IMG/VR virus record: IMGVR_UViG_3300042006_000024
Source of the DNA: a virus
Taxonomy: Duplodnaviria > Heunggongvirae > Uroviricota > Caudoviricetes
Length of the DNA stretch: 64,000 bases
Strand: one strand, 5' to 3'
The notes under the pieces are model-generated. The model saw only the letters and a list, made by a program, of their open reading frames with translations, did not search any database and had not been told where the DNA came from. This document shows, in pieces, positions 46,288 through 55,258 of the stretch (the first letter of the stretch is position 1; each line of letters opens with the position of its first letter). Position numbers and translations under genes: made by a program.

Positions 46288-48534
46288 ATGCTGTCAGATA
46301 AAGCGAACATACTCCTAAGGGCGATTAAGGGTTCTGAACTTACCCACGTCGAAATGGACACGAACCTGGACGAGATCAAAAAGGTCATTGATGATGTGCA
46401 TGCGCTGAATGACGCCGTTGAGGCCGATTCTCCGTTGAAAGCGCCATTGGCGAGTCCTGCGTTCACAGGGCTGCCCACTGCCCCTACGCCATCGGTTGAA
46501 GATAATTCTGATCTCCTGGCTACGACTGCCCACGTTCATAGCGCAGTCGACGTTCTAGGGGCTGACATTCTGAGCCGCTTGAAGTTGCGCCCTGAAACGT
46601 TCGGCGCAGTGGGTGATGGTGTAGCTGACGATACCGCCGCATGGAACTTGCTGCTAGATGCAATGTTGCTGACCAAGCGAAAAGGTGAATGTGTTCCAGG
46701 TGCACAGTACAAGATCACTTCAGTCCTAACGCGCACGCTGGTTGATACCGATGTGTTTGACCTCGATATGAATGGCGCGACGTTCATTCAGGGTGGCAAC
46801 AATAGCGTCCTTGTACTGACTAACAGCGTTAATGGTACTGTCACATCAGTAACCGAGAATGTCCAAATATCGTACAACTTGGGCAACGGCGCGACCAATA
46901 CCTATGTGATGAAAGTTACATCAGTTGGTCACGGCTTCACGACTCCTGGTCAGATTGGTAAGATCTTCAGTGACGATATCGTTCCTGACTTCGATGGCTC
47001 TAATCAATACTGCGGTGAGTTCTTCACTGTTAGTGCAATTGAAAGCGCCGATATCTTCTACACCTTTGGCGTCTTCGATGAAACATATCTGACCAACGTC
47101 AAAGTTTGTCGGCCGTCGGGTGCTAAAGTCAACATCGACAACTTCGCAGGTAAATCAACTTGGGCTGATTCGGTCACTGCGAGCTTCTGCACTATCTCGG
47201 GTTTGATTAATCCGGTCTTCGGTGGTACTGTTCGAGCGAATGACATAAACGCACCGTTCTTGAACTTTACAAGTACATACCGTGCCAAGCTGAGCAAGAT
47301 CATTGGTCGCAATATCAAGAACCGCCCTGACTTGGGTGCTTATGGTTATTTGATTAACGACAGCGCAGCCTACTACAGTGACATTTCAGGCATCGATTGC
47401 ATCTTTGCACGTCATGATTACACCACAAGTTCCCCATCAGCAGTCGCGGGCGATGACAAACCGTTCCTTCGTGGTCGTACAATTGGTTCAGTCGTTCGAG
47501 ACAGCGTAGGTAACTCGTTTGATACCCACAGTCCATGCCTGCGTATCACCTTTGAAAACTGCAAGCCAGTTGACTCACATCGTGGTTACGACTACGGTGG
47601 TGCTGGTATTCAGATTCGCGGTAACGATTGCCAAATCATCAACTGCGACGTATCACATTCGAAGATTGGTGTTGCTCAAAGCAGTGCAAGTAAAACGGGT
47701 CCAGCCAAACTGCTGATCGATGGGTTAAAGTATCGTGGCCCGAACGGTCATACACCAGTCGTGATTAACGGTATCACTGCATTCGAAACCATCGTTACTT
47801 TCCGTGGTGACATTGAAAGTCAAGCAAGCTCGATTTTCGAAGTGACTAACGCTACTCTGATCGTCAATGGCACGCGTGTGACAATGCGTCCAACTGATAA
47901 CGGTGCAGCAATGGTCAACTTGAACACTGGTGGCAATCTTGAATGGCAGGGTGGTTCACTCAACATCACCAATGGCAACAGCCACAAGATCGTTGCACAC
48001 CTTGATACTGCAACCACAGCGAAAGTTGATGGTCTGTCAGTTCGCGGTGTTACTGGTCGTCTGTCGTACCTTGCTACTTCAGCATCACAATACGCAATTG
48101 AATCACGCTTCACTAACATCCAACTTGATGCTGCATTGCCAGGCAACCCGTTCTTAGGTTATGAAGCTACATTACCTAAAGTCAGTGCTGAGTTCTGCAT
48201 AGGCTACAACTTGCGTCCATTGGCGTATCGTGTGTTCACGTACGGTACTACGGGCAACCAGGCAATTGATTTGCAGTTTGCAGGCAATCAGTCGATATTC
48301 CTTCGAGTTGAAGCGACAGCAACTGGTGTTGTAATTAACTCATTGACTCAGGGTGCGTTCGCTGGTCAGCGTTTGATTATCAACAACCGCAACTCATCGA
48401 CGTTCTCGCTGAACGTGGCAAACAACTCAGGTGGGTTATTGACAATGGCTGCAAGTGCTACACTGACAGCTGGTCGAGGTATTACGTTAGTGTGGGATGG
48501 TAGCACATGGCGTTCTGCTGATAACCACGCATAA
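46288..48534 (+). CDS. tail fibre / tailspike protein 2 with pectate-lyase-superfamily beta-helix
   Basis: FGAVGDGVADDTAAWN motif typical of right-handed beta-helix depolymerases. 748 aa. Confidence 0.65.
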   Translation: MLSDKANILLRAIKGSELTHVEMDTNLDEIKKVIDDVHALNDAVEADSPLKAPLASPAFTGLPTAPTPSVEDNSDLLATTAHVHSAVDVLGADILSRLKLRPETFGAVGDGVADDTAAWNLLLDAMLLTKRKGECVPGAQYKITSVLTRTLVDTDVFDLDMNGATFIQGGNNSVLVLTNSVNGTVTSVTENVQISYNLGNGATNTYVMKVTSVGHGFTTPGQIGKIFSDDIVPDFDGSNQYCGEFFTVSAIESADIFYTFGVFDETYLTNVKVCRPSGAKVNIDNFAGKSTWADSVTASFCTISGLINPVFGGTVRANDINAPFLNFTSTYRAKLSKIIGRNIKNRPDLGAYGYLINDSAAYYSDISGIDCIFARHDYTTSSPSAVAGDDKPFLRGRTIGSVVRDSVGNSFDTHSPCLRITFENCKPVDSHRGYDYGGAGIQIRGNDCQIINCDVSHSKIGVAQSSASKTGPAKLLIDGLKYRGPNGHTPVVINGITAFETIVTFRGDIESQASSIFEVTNATLIVNGTRVTMRPTDNGAAMVNLNTGGNLEWQGGSLNITNGNSHKIVAHLDTATTAKVDGLSVRGVTGRLSYLATSASQYAIESRFTNIQLDAALPGNPFLGYEATLPKVSAEFCIGYNLRPLAYRVFTYGTTGNQAIDLQFAGNQSIFLRVEATATGVVINSLTQGAFAGQRLIINNRNSSTFSLNVANNSGGLLTMAASATLTAGRGITLVWDGSTWRSADNHA

Positions 48535-48546
48535 TCGCAAGCCAAT

Positions 48547-48576
48547 AAAAAGCCCAGTTAATTCTGGGCTTTTTGC
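48547..48576. terminator. bidirectional intrinsic terminator
   Basis: agcccag-ttaatt-ctgggct flanked by a T-run on both strands. Sits between convergent genes. Confidence 0.6.
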
Positions 48577-48579
48577 TTA

Positions 48580-49089
48580 TTACGAAACAGTAATGACAGT
48601 GGTGTCAGTAACTGCGTTGTTGCTCACAGAACGTACTGTGATAGTGGCAGTACCAGAAGTCACACCGGTAACCAGACCAGTTGCAGACACAGTGGCGACA
48701 GCAGGCGCTGACGATGTGTAGGTCACAGCTTTGTTCCATGCTGAGACTGGCGCGACAGTCGACGTCAGTTGCTGAGTGCCCGCTACGGCGATAGTAGCAG
48801 TCGCTGGCAGCATGTCGATGCTAGTCACAGGCAGATAGGTCGTAGGAGAATCGAAGAACGATGTGATGTTCGCAAAGTTCAAGTTCACTGCGGTGCCCTG
48901 GAAGTCCAACTGGAGTTGAGTGCTTGTCAGAGTAACAGTGGTTGCTTTCAAGAACGCTTTGATGCGATCACGAATCCTCTTCTGCGAAGACAGTAGGACA
49001 TTGGCCCCAGACACTTTCCAACCTTTATCGGTTAGAACCACCGTCTTGTTATTGAGTCGTGGTTTGACAGCCCATTGTGGATATTTCAT
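48580..49089 (-). CDS. Ig-like (Big_2-type) domain protein, possible capsid or tail decoration protein
   Basis: C-terminal ATVSATGLVTGVTSGTATITVRS Ig-like repeat. I prefer the ATG at 49089 with a GGAG RBS. The ORF track starts at GTG 49122. Confidence 0.55.
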   Translation of the reverse strand: MKYPQWAVKPRLNNKTVVLTDKGWKVSGANVLLSSQKRIRDRIKAFLKATTVTLTSTQLQLDFQGTAVNLNFANITSFFDSPTTYLPVTSIDMLPATATIAVAGTQQLTSTVAPVSAWNKAVTYTSSAPAVATVSATGLVTGVTSGTATITVRSVSNNAVTDTTVITVS

Positions 49090-49122
49090 GTTGCGGTGCT
49101 CCATCTTATAAGATTGTAACAC

Positions 49123-49130
49123 TATTTATA
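49123..49130 (-). promoter_or_regulatory. T4-type late promoter TATAAATA
   Basis: Exact octamer on the minus strand, about 30 nt upstream of the Ig-like gene start. Confidence 0.5.
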
Positions 49131-49153
49131 AGACAGAGCTTTGTGAAGGTAGG

Positions 49154-49459
49154 TTATTTAGCGTTATTACTGATCAGCAACATACGCTCATCATCACAGT
49201 ACAAGTAGGAATCCCACAACAGAATACCTTCACCCGTCTGAGTCATGCGACCCAGGACATTACGATCATCGAGACGCTTGATCACTCCGATATGCGCGTT
49301 GATGACAATCGTATGGTTGCCAGCGAGTTTCCTGATCAGCCAGTGGCGAAAGTTTGCAAGCATTGTTGCACTGCTGAACGGCAGAATATCACCAGAGCCA
49401 GCAGGTGGTGCTTCGCGCAAGTCGAGGTAATCGGGTTCTGTTTGAGACCATGAAGTCAT
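49154..49459 (-). CDS. hypothetical protein (101 aa)
   Basis: ORF. Confidence 0.45.
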   Translation of the reverse strand: MTSWSQTEPDYLDLREAPPAGSGDILPFSSATMLANFRHWLIRKLAGNHTIVINAHIGVIKRLDDRNVLGRMTQTGEGILLWDSYLYCDDERMLLISNNAK

Positions 49460-49482
49460 TGCATATTTCCTTAGTTTGAGTA

Positions 49483-49773
49483 TTACGCGGCAGAGCTAAC
49501 GTCTTGGGCATACGGAGCCAGGAAGCGTTCGTCGATAGCTTCGTGTTGGTGATGGGACTTGTACTTGCGACCGATGATGGCGACATCATAGTCATTGACC
49601 TGGGTATCGTAGTTGAATGTCGCACGAATAACACCGACCAGACCGTACAGCGATTCGTCTGCTGCCAAAACATTCGTCTCACCGATGAAAGAGACGCCTT
49701 CTGGGTATGTGATTCGGACGAAGTCATTTGCTTTGAATTTGGGAGTGTTCATATGGTGCAATTCCTTTCTCAT
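49483..49773 (-). CDS. hypothetical protein (96 aa)
   Basis: ORF. Confidence 0.45.
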   Translation of the reverse strand: MRKELHHMNTPKFKANDFVRITYPEGVSFIGETNVLAADESLYGLVGVIRATFNYDTQVNDYDVAIIGRKYKSHHQHEAIDERFLAPYAQDVSSAA

Positions 49774-49835
49774 GATAAAAAGTCTAACTCACGAGCGCAT
49801 TCTAGCAAGTGAGTTAGCACAGTACAAGCCTTTAG

Positions 49836-50117
49836 TTACAGCGGTTCTTTCAGGGTACAGTGGCCCTTGGTGTTCAACAGCTGGACAGCATACCCACCCG
49901 AGGTTTTTACACCTACAGGTTGATAGAAATTGATTTTGTACTCAGCCTCGATAGGGGCATGTACCTTGATCACAAAGCACGTTAACCCACCGTTTTGGGC
50001 TACGGCTCTTTCTATCGTGTCTTCGCCTATATCTTCGGCCAGTCTAGCCAAAGCACTGGCTGGGGTATCGGCAACGGCCCAGTTGTAGACGCATGATGCG
50101 TAGTAATGGAACTTCAT
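49836..50117 (-). CDS. hypothetical protein (93 aa)
   Basis: ORF downstream of the promoter at 50161-50189. Confidence 0.45.
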   Translation of the reverse strand: MKFHYYASCVYNWAVADTPASALARLAEDIGEDTIERAVAQNGGLTCFVIKVHAPIEAEYKINFYQPVGVKTSGGYAVQLLNTKGHCTLKEPL

Positions 50118-50160
50118 GATGAGTGCTCCGAGTGATGACGATGGTGTAGCTCATGAGTCG

Positions 50161-50189
50161 ATTATGGCTCAATCACTACACCTTGTCAA
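50161..50189 (-). promoter_or_regulatory. sigma70 promoter TTGACA-17-CATAAT with conserved CGACTCATGAG leader
   Basis: Minus strand: -35 at 50184-50189, -10 at 50161-50166. Confidence 0.5.
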
Positions 50190-50193
50190 CACC

Positions 50194-50814
50194 TCAGACG
50201 TGACTCACCTCAAAGTTTTCATACACCACCCAACCACCTTCAGACTCAGGACCCTCGTTGTCGATGACATAAGCGCCTGCTTTGAAGTAGAACGGGAACT
50301 CGGTCCACGCCGCATCGACAGTCACTGCATACACCAAGCCGTTAAGCTTGATCTGCAAGACATCGTCAGTGCCCATTGCCAAGCTATAGCTGAACGACTC
50401 GCCAAGCTTGCAGGGTACTGTGAGGACTTTGACGGCGGTGCCGCTAGGCTTCAGTCGCAAGTCAACCCGCGCAACGCCATTCCACCATGTAACCATCAGG
50501 AATGGGTTAGGTGCTTTGTGCGCGTGAATTTGACCGATGATGACTTTACCTGAACTCGGCGCAAGCTCGACACGAACCGTGCCTTGCATGGTGTGAACAG
50601 CTTCCCCTGCTACCCAGTTATAAGACTCGGCACTGTCAGGAAGCGTTTCACGACTTTCAGTGCGTGGACTAGAGCTAGAACCAGATGTGTCACCTAGTAC
50701 TGAGCACCAATAGTTGGTGTGGCCTTTAGGATCGGTCCACACCAGATTGGCTGGAGGTTTCTCAGGGTACAGATAGACCTGACCGTGTGCAGTGATATTG
50801 CCAAAGCTGAACAT
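50194..50814 (-). CDS. polysaccharide lyase family 7 (alginate-lyase-like) protein
   Basis: PL7 signature blocks RTESRE, QIH and YFKAGAY in the right order. 206 aa. Confidence 0.55.
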   Translation of the reverse strand: MFSFGNITAHGQVYLYPEKPPANLVWTDPKGHTNYWCSVLGDTSGSSSSPRTESRETLPDSAESYNWVAGEAVHTMQGTVRVELAPSSGKVIIGQIHAHKAPNPFLMVTWWNGVARVDLRLKPSGTAVKVLTVPCKLGESFSYSLAMGTDDVLQIKLNGLVYAVTVDAAWTEFPFYFKAGAYVIDNEGPESEGGWVVYENFEVSHV

Positions 50815-50867
50815 CTGATAAAACTCCTACGTTAATGGATACCGCAGGATTATTTATCAGATCGTAC

Positions 50868-51269
50868 TTACTCAGCATTCTCGAACAGTGCAGCAGGTGA
50901 CAGGCCGTAGTTTATGGCAATACGTTGCATGTTCTCCAATACCTGTTCGATCAGCTGGTTACTGTCATGTGCGTTCTGAAGTGTTTGAATCAGATTTTGG
51001 TGCGCGTTTGGTGCGTAGCCTTCTTTGACAATTTCGAGCCATCCCATTCCTTCTGACGGATCGAAGATAGCCAAGTACTCATCGTCTGCAATCAAACAAC
51101 CTGCGGCACACATAGTCCCACCAGTGCCACGATATGCGCAAGTGCCGGTGGTGATACCACTATCCTCTTCTTTCATCGAACGCTTACCTTGCTTGACCAG
51201 ATGACGTGCAACCTGATCGAACACTTGTTGCGCTGTTGCATCTTTCAATGTAGCCAGTGTGATAGTCAT
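50868..51269 (-). CDS. Cys-motif domain protein (family copy 4)
   Basis: VARHLVKQGK...CAYR...MCAAGCLIADDEY...LQNAHD. Confidence 0.6.
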   Translation of the reverse strand: MTITLATLKDATAQQVFDQVARHLVKQGKRSMKEEDSGITTGTCAYRGTGGTMCAAGCLIADDEYLAIFDPSEGMGWLEIVKEGYAPNAHQNLIQTLQNAHDSNQLIEQVLENMQRIAINYGLSPAALFENAE

Positions 51270-51295
51270 ACTTTTCTTCCTTCGAAATGGGTTGG

Positions 51296-51769
51296 TTAGA
51301 CGACAGCGCCGAAGCGGTCGAAGTGTTCAAGCGCGAGATCGAGGTACATCATCCACGCTGCACGAATGGTGAGTTTCTTGTAGCGGTAATCACAGAAGCC
51401 TTCTTTTTCATGTGGCTGCCAGGTGCTGAAATCAACAGTGCCTTCATGGTAAACGAGAACTGATGCCGCACGCTTTTCAAAGCGTGCGTTCACTTCTACA
51501 AGTGGAAAACCAGCGGGTACAGGCGTGTGGGTCCAGATGTTAACCTCAGTCTTAGGTGCAGTGCGACTATCCCAAATGATTGGATCATCAGCGTTAACAA
51601 CACCGTCACGGATGAGGATATATTCAACATCGTATTGACTGCGATCTTTCAGCTCTTGCATTGCGAAGTCAATCGCTTTCTGAACACCACCCAACCATTT
51701 ACAAAACACGAATGTCTGCTTAGGGTTGCGTGTGGCTATTGCAAAGGTATAACCGATAGGCTTGCTCAT
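51296..51769 (-). CDS. hypothetical protein (157 aa)
   Basis: ORF. Confidence 0.5.
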   Translation of the reverse strand: MSKPIGYTFAIATRNPKQTFVFCKWLGGVQKAIDFAMQELKDRSQYDVEYILIRDGVVNADDPIIWDSRTAPKTEVNIWTHTPVPAGFPLVEVNARFEKRAASVLVYHEGTVDFSTWQPHEKEGFCDYRYKKLTIRAAWMMYLDLALEHFDRFGAVV

Positions 51770-51963
51770 GCTTGTTCCTTAGGAATGGTGTGACCGATTT
51801 TCAAACGTGAGCCCAGCCAGTAATGCTTTTCCATGCGCTGAAGATCATTGATGCTGATGGTCGACATTTCTTTCCAATGCTTGAGTGCATACGCCTCAAG
51901 CTCGTTTTCAGGAAAGAGGGTGATGATACCATCACCCGTCATTTCAGCTCGCATTGAAAGCAT
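51766..51963 (-). CDS. hypothetical protein (65 aa)
   Basis: ORF with an ATGA overlap. Confidence 0.4.
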   Translation of the reverse strand: MLSMRAEMTGDGIITLFPENELEAYALKHWKEMSTISINDLQRMEKHYWLGSRLKIGHTIPKEQA

Positions 51964-52330
51964 CCAGGTTGAGTTCGTAGGTAGTGCCTACTTCTTTCAT
52001 CTTCACAAGGACGCTTTCAATGAGACCAGACCGATCGTGTGCGCGTTGCAGAGCGATGATCAAGTTTTGGTGGTGCTCAGGAACAGTCTGATTGGATACT
52101 AATCGATCCCAAGTACCGCCACCGTTTCCAGCGCCATTGTCGAATTGTGGCAGATATTCATCATCAGCGATGAGGCAACCTGCCGCACACATCAAGCCAT
52201 TGACACCACGGTAGAGGCACATTTGTGAACCAGGATTGACCGAACGCTTACCTTGTTTGATCATATGCGTGACAACCTGGTCAAACACTTGTTGAGCGGT
52301 TGCATCTTTCAGGGTGGCCAAAGTAATCAT
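51944..52330 (-). CDS. Cys-motif domain protein (family copy 5)
   Basis: N-terminal 18 aa almost identical to copy 4. CLYR...MCAAGCLIADDEY. Confidence 0.6.
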   Translation of the reverse strand: MITLATLKDATAQQVFDQVVTHMIKQGKRSVNPGSQMCLYRGVNGLMCAAGCLIADDEYLPQFDNGAGNGGGTWDRLVSNQTVPEHHQNLIIALQRAHDRSGLIESVLVKMKEVGTTYELNLDAFNAS

Positions 52331-52737
52331 TTCGAAAGCTCTTCCAGGTTGAATTGAAGTTTGTGTTTCTTGGCGAAGTGTTTGAGACGACGAGGGTAGT
52401 CAATTGCACCCACTTCATCAATGTCCCAGCGGTCTACGTTCATGTCATGCATCTTCTGGAGCATGTCGATGAAGTACGCATGCTTACTCGGGACTTGCTC
52501 AGGGAACGCCTCAGAGCAAGACAACCAGCTGCCGCGTTTGTCGAACTTGATGTCGTACTCTTCATCGGTCATGAGACAGCCTGCCGCACACATCAGACCA
52601 TTACCTGGACGGTACTGACACATACCTGCGTCGTTCGTGGCGCGGACTTTCTGTTTGATCAAGTGACGAGCCACCTGATCGAAGATCTGCTGTTCGGTTG
52701 CGTCTTTCAAATTTGCGAGTGTGATTTGCATGATCAT
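52327..52737 (-). CDS. Cys-motif domain protein (family copy 6)
   Basis: VARHLIKQK...CQYR...MCAAGCLMTDEEY...LQKMHD. Confidence 0.6.
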   Translation of the reverse strand: MIMQITLANLKDATEQQIFDQVARHLIKQKVRATNDAGMCQYRPGNGLMCAAGCLMTDEEYDIKFDKRGSWLSCSEAFPEQVPSKHAYFIDMLQKMHDMNVDRWDIDEVGAIDYPRRLKHFAKKHKLQFNLEELSK

Positions 52738-52961
52738 TATCCCAGGAAGGCGTGAGTGTCGGTTGGCGAAGGAGCTTTCGGCATTGGCATCCAGTGACTG
52801 TAGCGGGTCTTGAAGAACTCGTCCTTCTTGACAATCAGGAAAGTAGGAACACCGATCCAGATTTGTTCAGCGATACTGAACATGAAGACGATATCACCGT
52901 CAGCCTTGGTAGGCATACACTTTGCGGTTTCGAAATAGTACTGCTGTTGATGGCAAATCAT
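52737..52961 (-). CDS. hypothetical protein (74 aa)
   Basis: ORF. Confidence 0.4.
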   Translation of the reverse strand: MICHQQQYYFETAKCMPTKADGDIVFMFSIAEQIWIGVPTFLIVKKDEFFKTRYSHWMPMPKAPSPTDTHAFLG

Positions 52962-53049
52962 GATAAAGGGCTTCTCACTTGCTAGGCTAATGTAAAAGAA
53001 TGTAGACGTTATACGCTAAAACAGGGGTTAATGCAAAGGATTCTTTACG

Positions 53050-53256
53050 TTAGCTGGCACGCACTTTCACGCAAAGGTAGGTCTTGTCGACCTCGTAGTA
53101 GCGACGATCAGACGGCACCCGAGCATTGATGCCTGCCTGGTTGCATTCGTCCATTGTAGCGAAGCCTGGTACGCTAGTGGTTGAGATTGCTACACCAGGC
53201 ACACTGCCGTTGCTAGTGAAAATTGCTGTGGTAAGAATCAGTGTGTACAAGTCCAT
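53050..53256 (-). CDS. small secreted protein (68 aa)
   Basis: N-terminal hydrophobic signal-like segment. Confidence 0.4.
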   Translation of the reverse strand: MDLYTLILTTAIFTSNGSVPGVAISTTSVPGFATMDECNQAGINARVPSDRRYYEVDKTYLCVKVRAS

Positions 53257-53447
53257 CAGGTTTGTTCCTCATCGGTAATGATTTCGAGTGTCACGCGAAC
53301 CTTCGTGCCCAGTGGTAGACCCAGGTACTTCGCATCGACAGCCACATGAGCATTGAATTTGTCGTGTGGTATAGCGTCAGACTTTGGTACATAAACCCTG
53401 CAGGCCCCGTAGGGCCCCACGATTGCAATAGCAGTACCAATTAGCAT
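53256..53447 (-). CDS. hypothetical protein (63 aa)
   Basis: ORF. Confidence 0.4.
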   Translation of the reverse strand: MLIGTAIAIVGPYGACRVYVPKSDAIPHDKFNAHVAVDAKYLGLPLGTKVRVTLEIITDEEQT

Positions 53448-53448
53448 G

Positions 53449-53763
53449 TTATCCCCTTGACCGCAGTATCGCTGTCACATAGTTACGAAATTCGCACGAC
53501 ATACCTGCAGGCCAATGCGTGAATTTACCGTCAGCTTTGATCTTCAGCAATTCGCCAGTCTGCGCCCACTGCACGATAACATCATCGTGATGAAGAACGT
53601 TAGTGGCGACCATAGCGCGAAATGCAGTCAGGATAAGGTCGCTGCCGATGACGATCTCAGTATCCTTGTCTACAGCTTCATTGATAATCTTGTCGACGTA
53701 GTGCTGCACCAATGCATCGGGCAGTGTGTAGCCGTTCAGGTTGTCGTAAATGATGGTGAGCAT
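53449..53763 (-). CDS. hypothetical protein (104 aa)
   Basis: ORF. Confidence 0.45.
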   Translation of the reverse strand: MLTIIYDNLNGYTLPDALVQHYVDKIINEAVDKDTEIVIGSDLILTAFRAMVATNVLHHDDVIVQWAQTGELLKIKADGKFTHWPAGMSCEFRNYVTAILRSRG

Positions 53764-53772
53764 GTTATCCCC

Positions 53773-54588
53773 TTACAGCACTGTCACGCGCTGAACGATT
53801 GTTTGTGCTTGACCCTTGTATTCGTCGTGAGACTTCACAGTGGCTTTGATTTTCAATTCGTCGCCCTCTTCAGGGCTGAATGCCCCACTGAAGACGACCA
53901 AGCATGCGTTGGTAGCTTTGTCGATCATCGTAGTCACGTAGCACACCTCAGGGCCGCCGTAACCGAAACCTTCACGCACGAAATGCCGCGAACCAACAAC
54001 AGTGACATCGAATGTGAGACGTTGTTTAGGTTGACCGACGATTGCAGTCTTGTCTGGTTTTGGCAGAGCGAGGTGTGGTACAAGACGAAGAATGGCAACA
54101 GCAGTCTTGTGGATCACTGAGTCAGCTTCGAACTCGTTGACTTTATCCATCAACCAAGTCAGATAACCGCGTGGTGCTTCCTCGAACCTCTTACCAGCGA
54201 ATGGGCCGAAAGTGAAGATACCGCTAGCGATTTTCTCATCGCGTTCTTTGTTCCATGCTTCACGTTGAGCATCCCACTCGGCCTGACGCTGTTCTTCTTT
54301 GATACGACGTTCATTCATCTGTTCAGCAGTGGCGCGCTTGATTTCACGCATCTCGCTGACCAGCTGTTCACGAGTCGTAGACAGTTTGACGCCCATCTGC
54401 TCAGAGTACGCTTGAGCTTTGGCAATCGCTTCGTCAGGGTCTTGCGACAGGTTGAAGTGGTGAAACGAACGAACGCTACGCTCAACACCTTCGCGACCGT
54501 AGTGAACGTGTTCGTAGGTTTCACGCAGGGTGAACAGTGCGCCGGTTTCGCCTATACCGATATACAGAGAAGGGATGAAATTCGACAT
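53773..54588 (-). CDS. hypothetical protein (271 aa) with central charged coiled coil
   Basis: ORF downstream of the promoter at 54630-54658. Confidence 0.5.
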   Translation of the reverse strand: MSNFIPSLYIGIGETGALFTLRETYEHVHYGREGVERSVRSFHHFNLSQDPDEAIAKAQAYSEQMGVKLSTTREQLVSEMREIKRATAEQMNERRIKEEQRQAEWDAQREAWNKERDEKIASGIFTFGPFAGKRFEEAPRGYLTWLMDKVNEFEADSVIHKTAVAILRLVPHLALPKPDKTAIVGQPKQRLTFDVTVVGSRHFVREGFGYGGPEVCYVTTMIDKATNACLVVFSGAFSPEEGDELKIKATVKSHDEYKGQAQTIVQRVTVL

Positions 54589-54629
54589 GACTGATGCTCC
54601 GAATAATGTATTTGTTAACTCATGAGTCG

Positions 54630-54658
54630 ATTATGGTGCAGTCGACTCACACTGTCAA
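54630..54658 (-). promoter_or_regulatory. sigma70 promoter TTGACA-17-CATAAT with conserved CGACTCATGAG leader
   Basis: Minus strand: -35 at 54653-54658, -10 at 54630-54635. Paralogous to the promoter at 50161-50189. Confidence 0.5.
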
Positions 54659-54661
54659 CCA

Positions 54662-55012
54662 TTATTTTGGTTCAGCGCTAATGATGTCCATGACTGCACA
54701 GAAATCGAACTGAACATGGTCACCATCTTTGAGATTGTGTGACTGGGTGAACAGCAGGTCATTGTTCACTACGCCGATGATCGATGTATCTGTAACGTCG
54801 TTGACCAGAACCCAGAAGCGTTCAGCAGAAGCGTCACACACCTCATAATCAAGAACAGCACCGATCTTGACATTGTCGCCCCGTTTAATGGTCGCCAATT
54901 CTTCTTGCGATGGTGCATAGAACGTATCGGGATGATTTGAATGTATCTCTTGAGCGTTCAAGAGAATGTCGGTAATTTGAATTGGTGGTCGCATGATATA
55001 GTTTACCTTCAC
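54662..55012 (-). CDS. hypothetical protein (116 aa)
   Basis: ORF. Confidence 0.45.
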   Translation of the reverse strand: MKVNYIMRPPIQITDILLNAQEIHSNHPDTFYAPSQEELATIKRGDNVKIGAVLDYEVCDASAERFWVLVNDVTDTSIIGVVNNDLLFTQSHNLKDGDHVQFDFCAVMDIISAEPK

Positions 55013-55015
55013 GTT

Positions 55016-55252
55016 TTATTTTGAAAGAGCGTGTTGAACAAGATCTGTGATGTCAATACCTGCATCATCGCAGACCCTGTAAGGGCGGTTTCTGATCCCG
55101 CAGACGCTCATCATATGCGTTCCCTTGCTGTTGTACACATCGACAACAACGACACCTGTAGGGTCTACCGCTGCTTTCTGCTCAGCGTCTGCAATTGCAG
55201 CGCGCAGCTTGGTCAGTGTCGAGGGGTGCATGAGTGAGGTCTGAGTGATCAT
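55016..55252 (-). CDS. hypothetical protein (78 aa)
   Basis: ORF. Confidence 0.4.
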   Translation of the reverse strand: MITQTSLMHPSTLTKLRAAIADAEQKAAVDPTGVVVVDVYNSKGTHMMSVCGIRNRPYRVCDDAGIDITDLVQHALSK

Positions 55253-55258
55253 GTTGGT

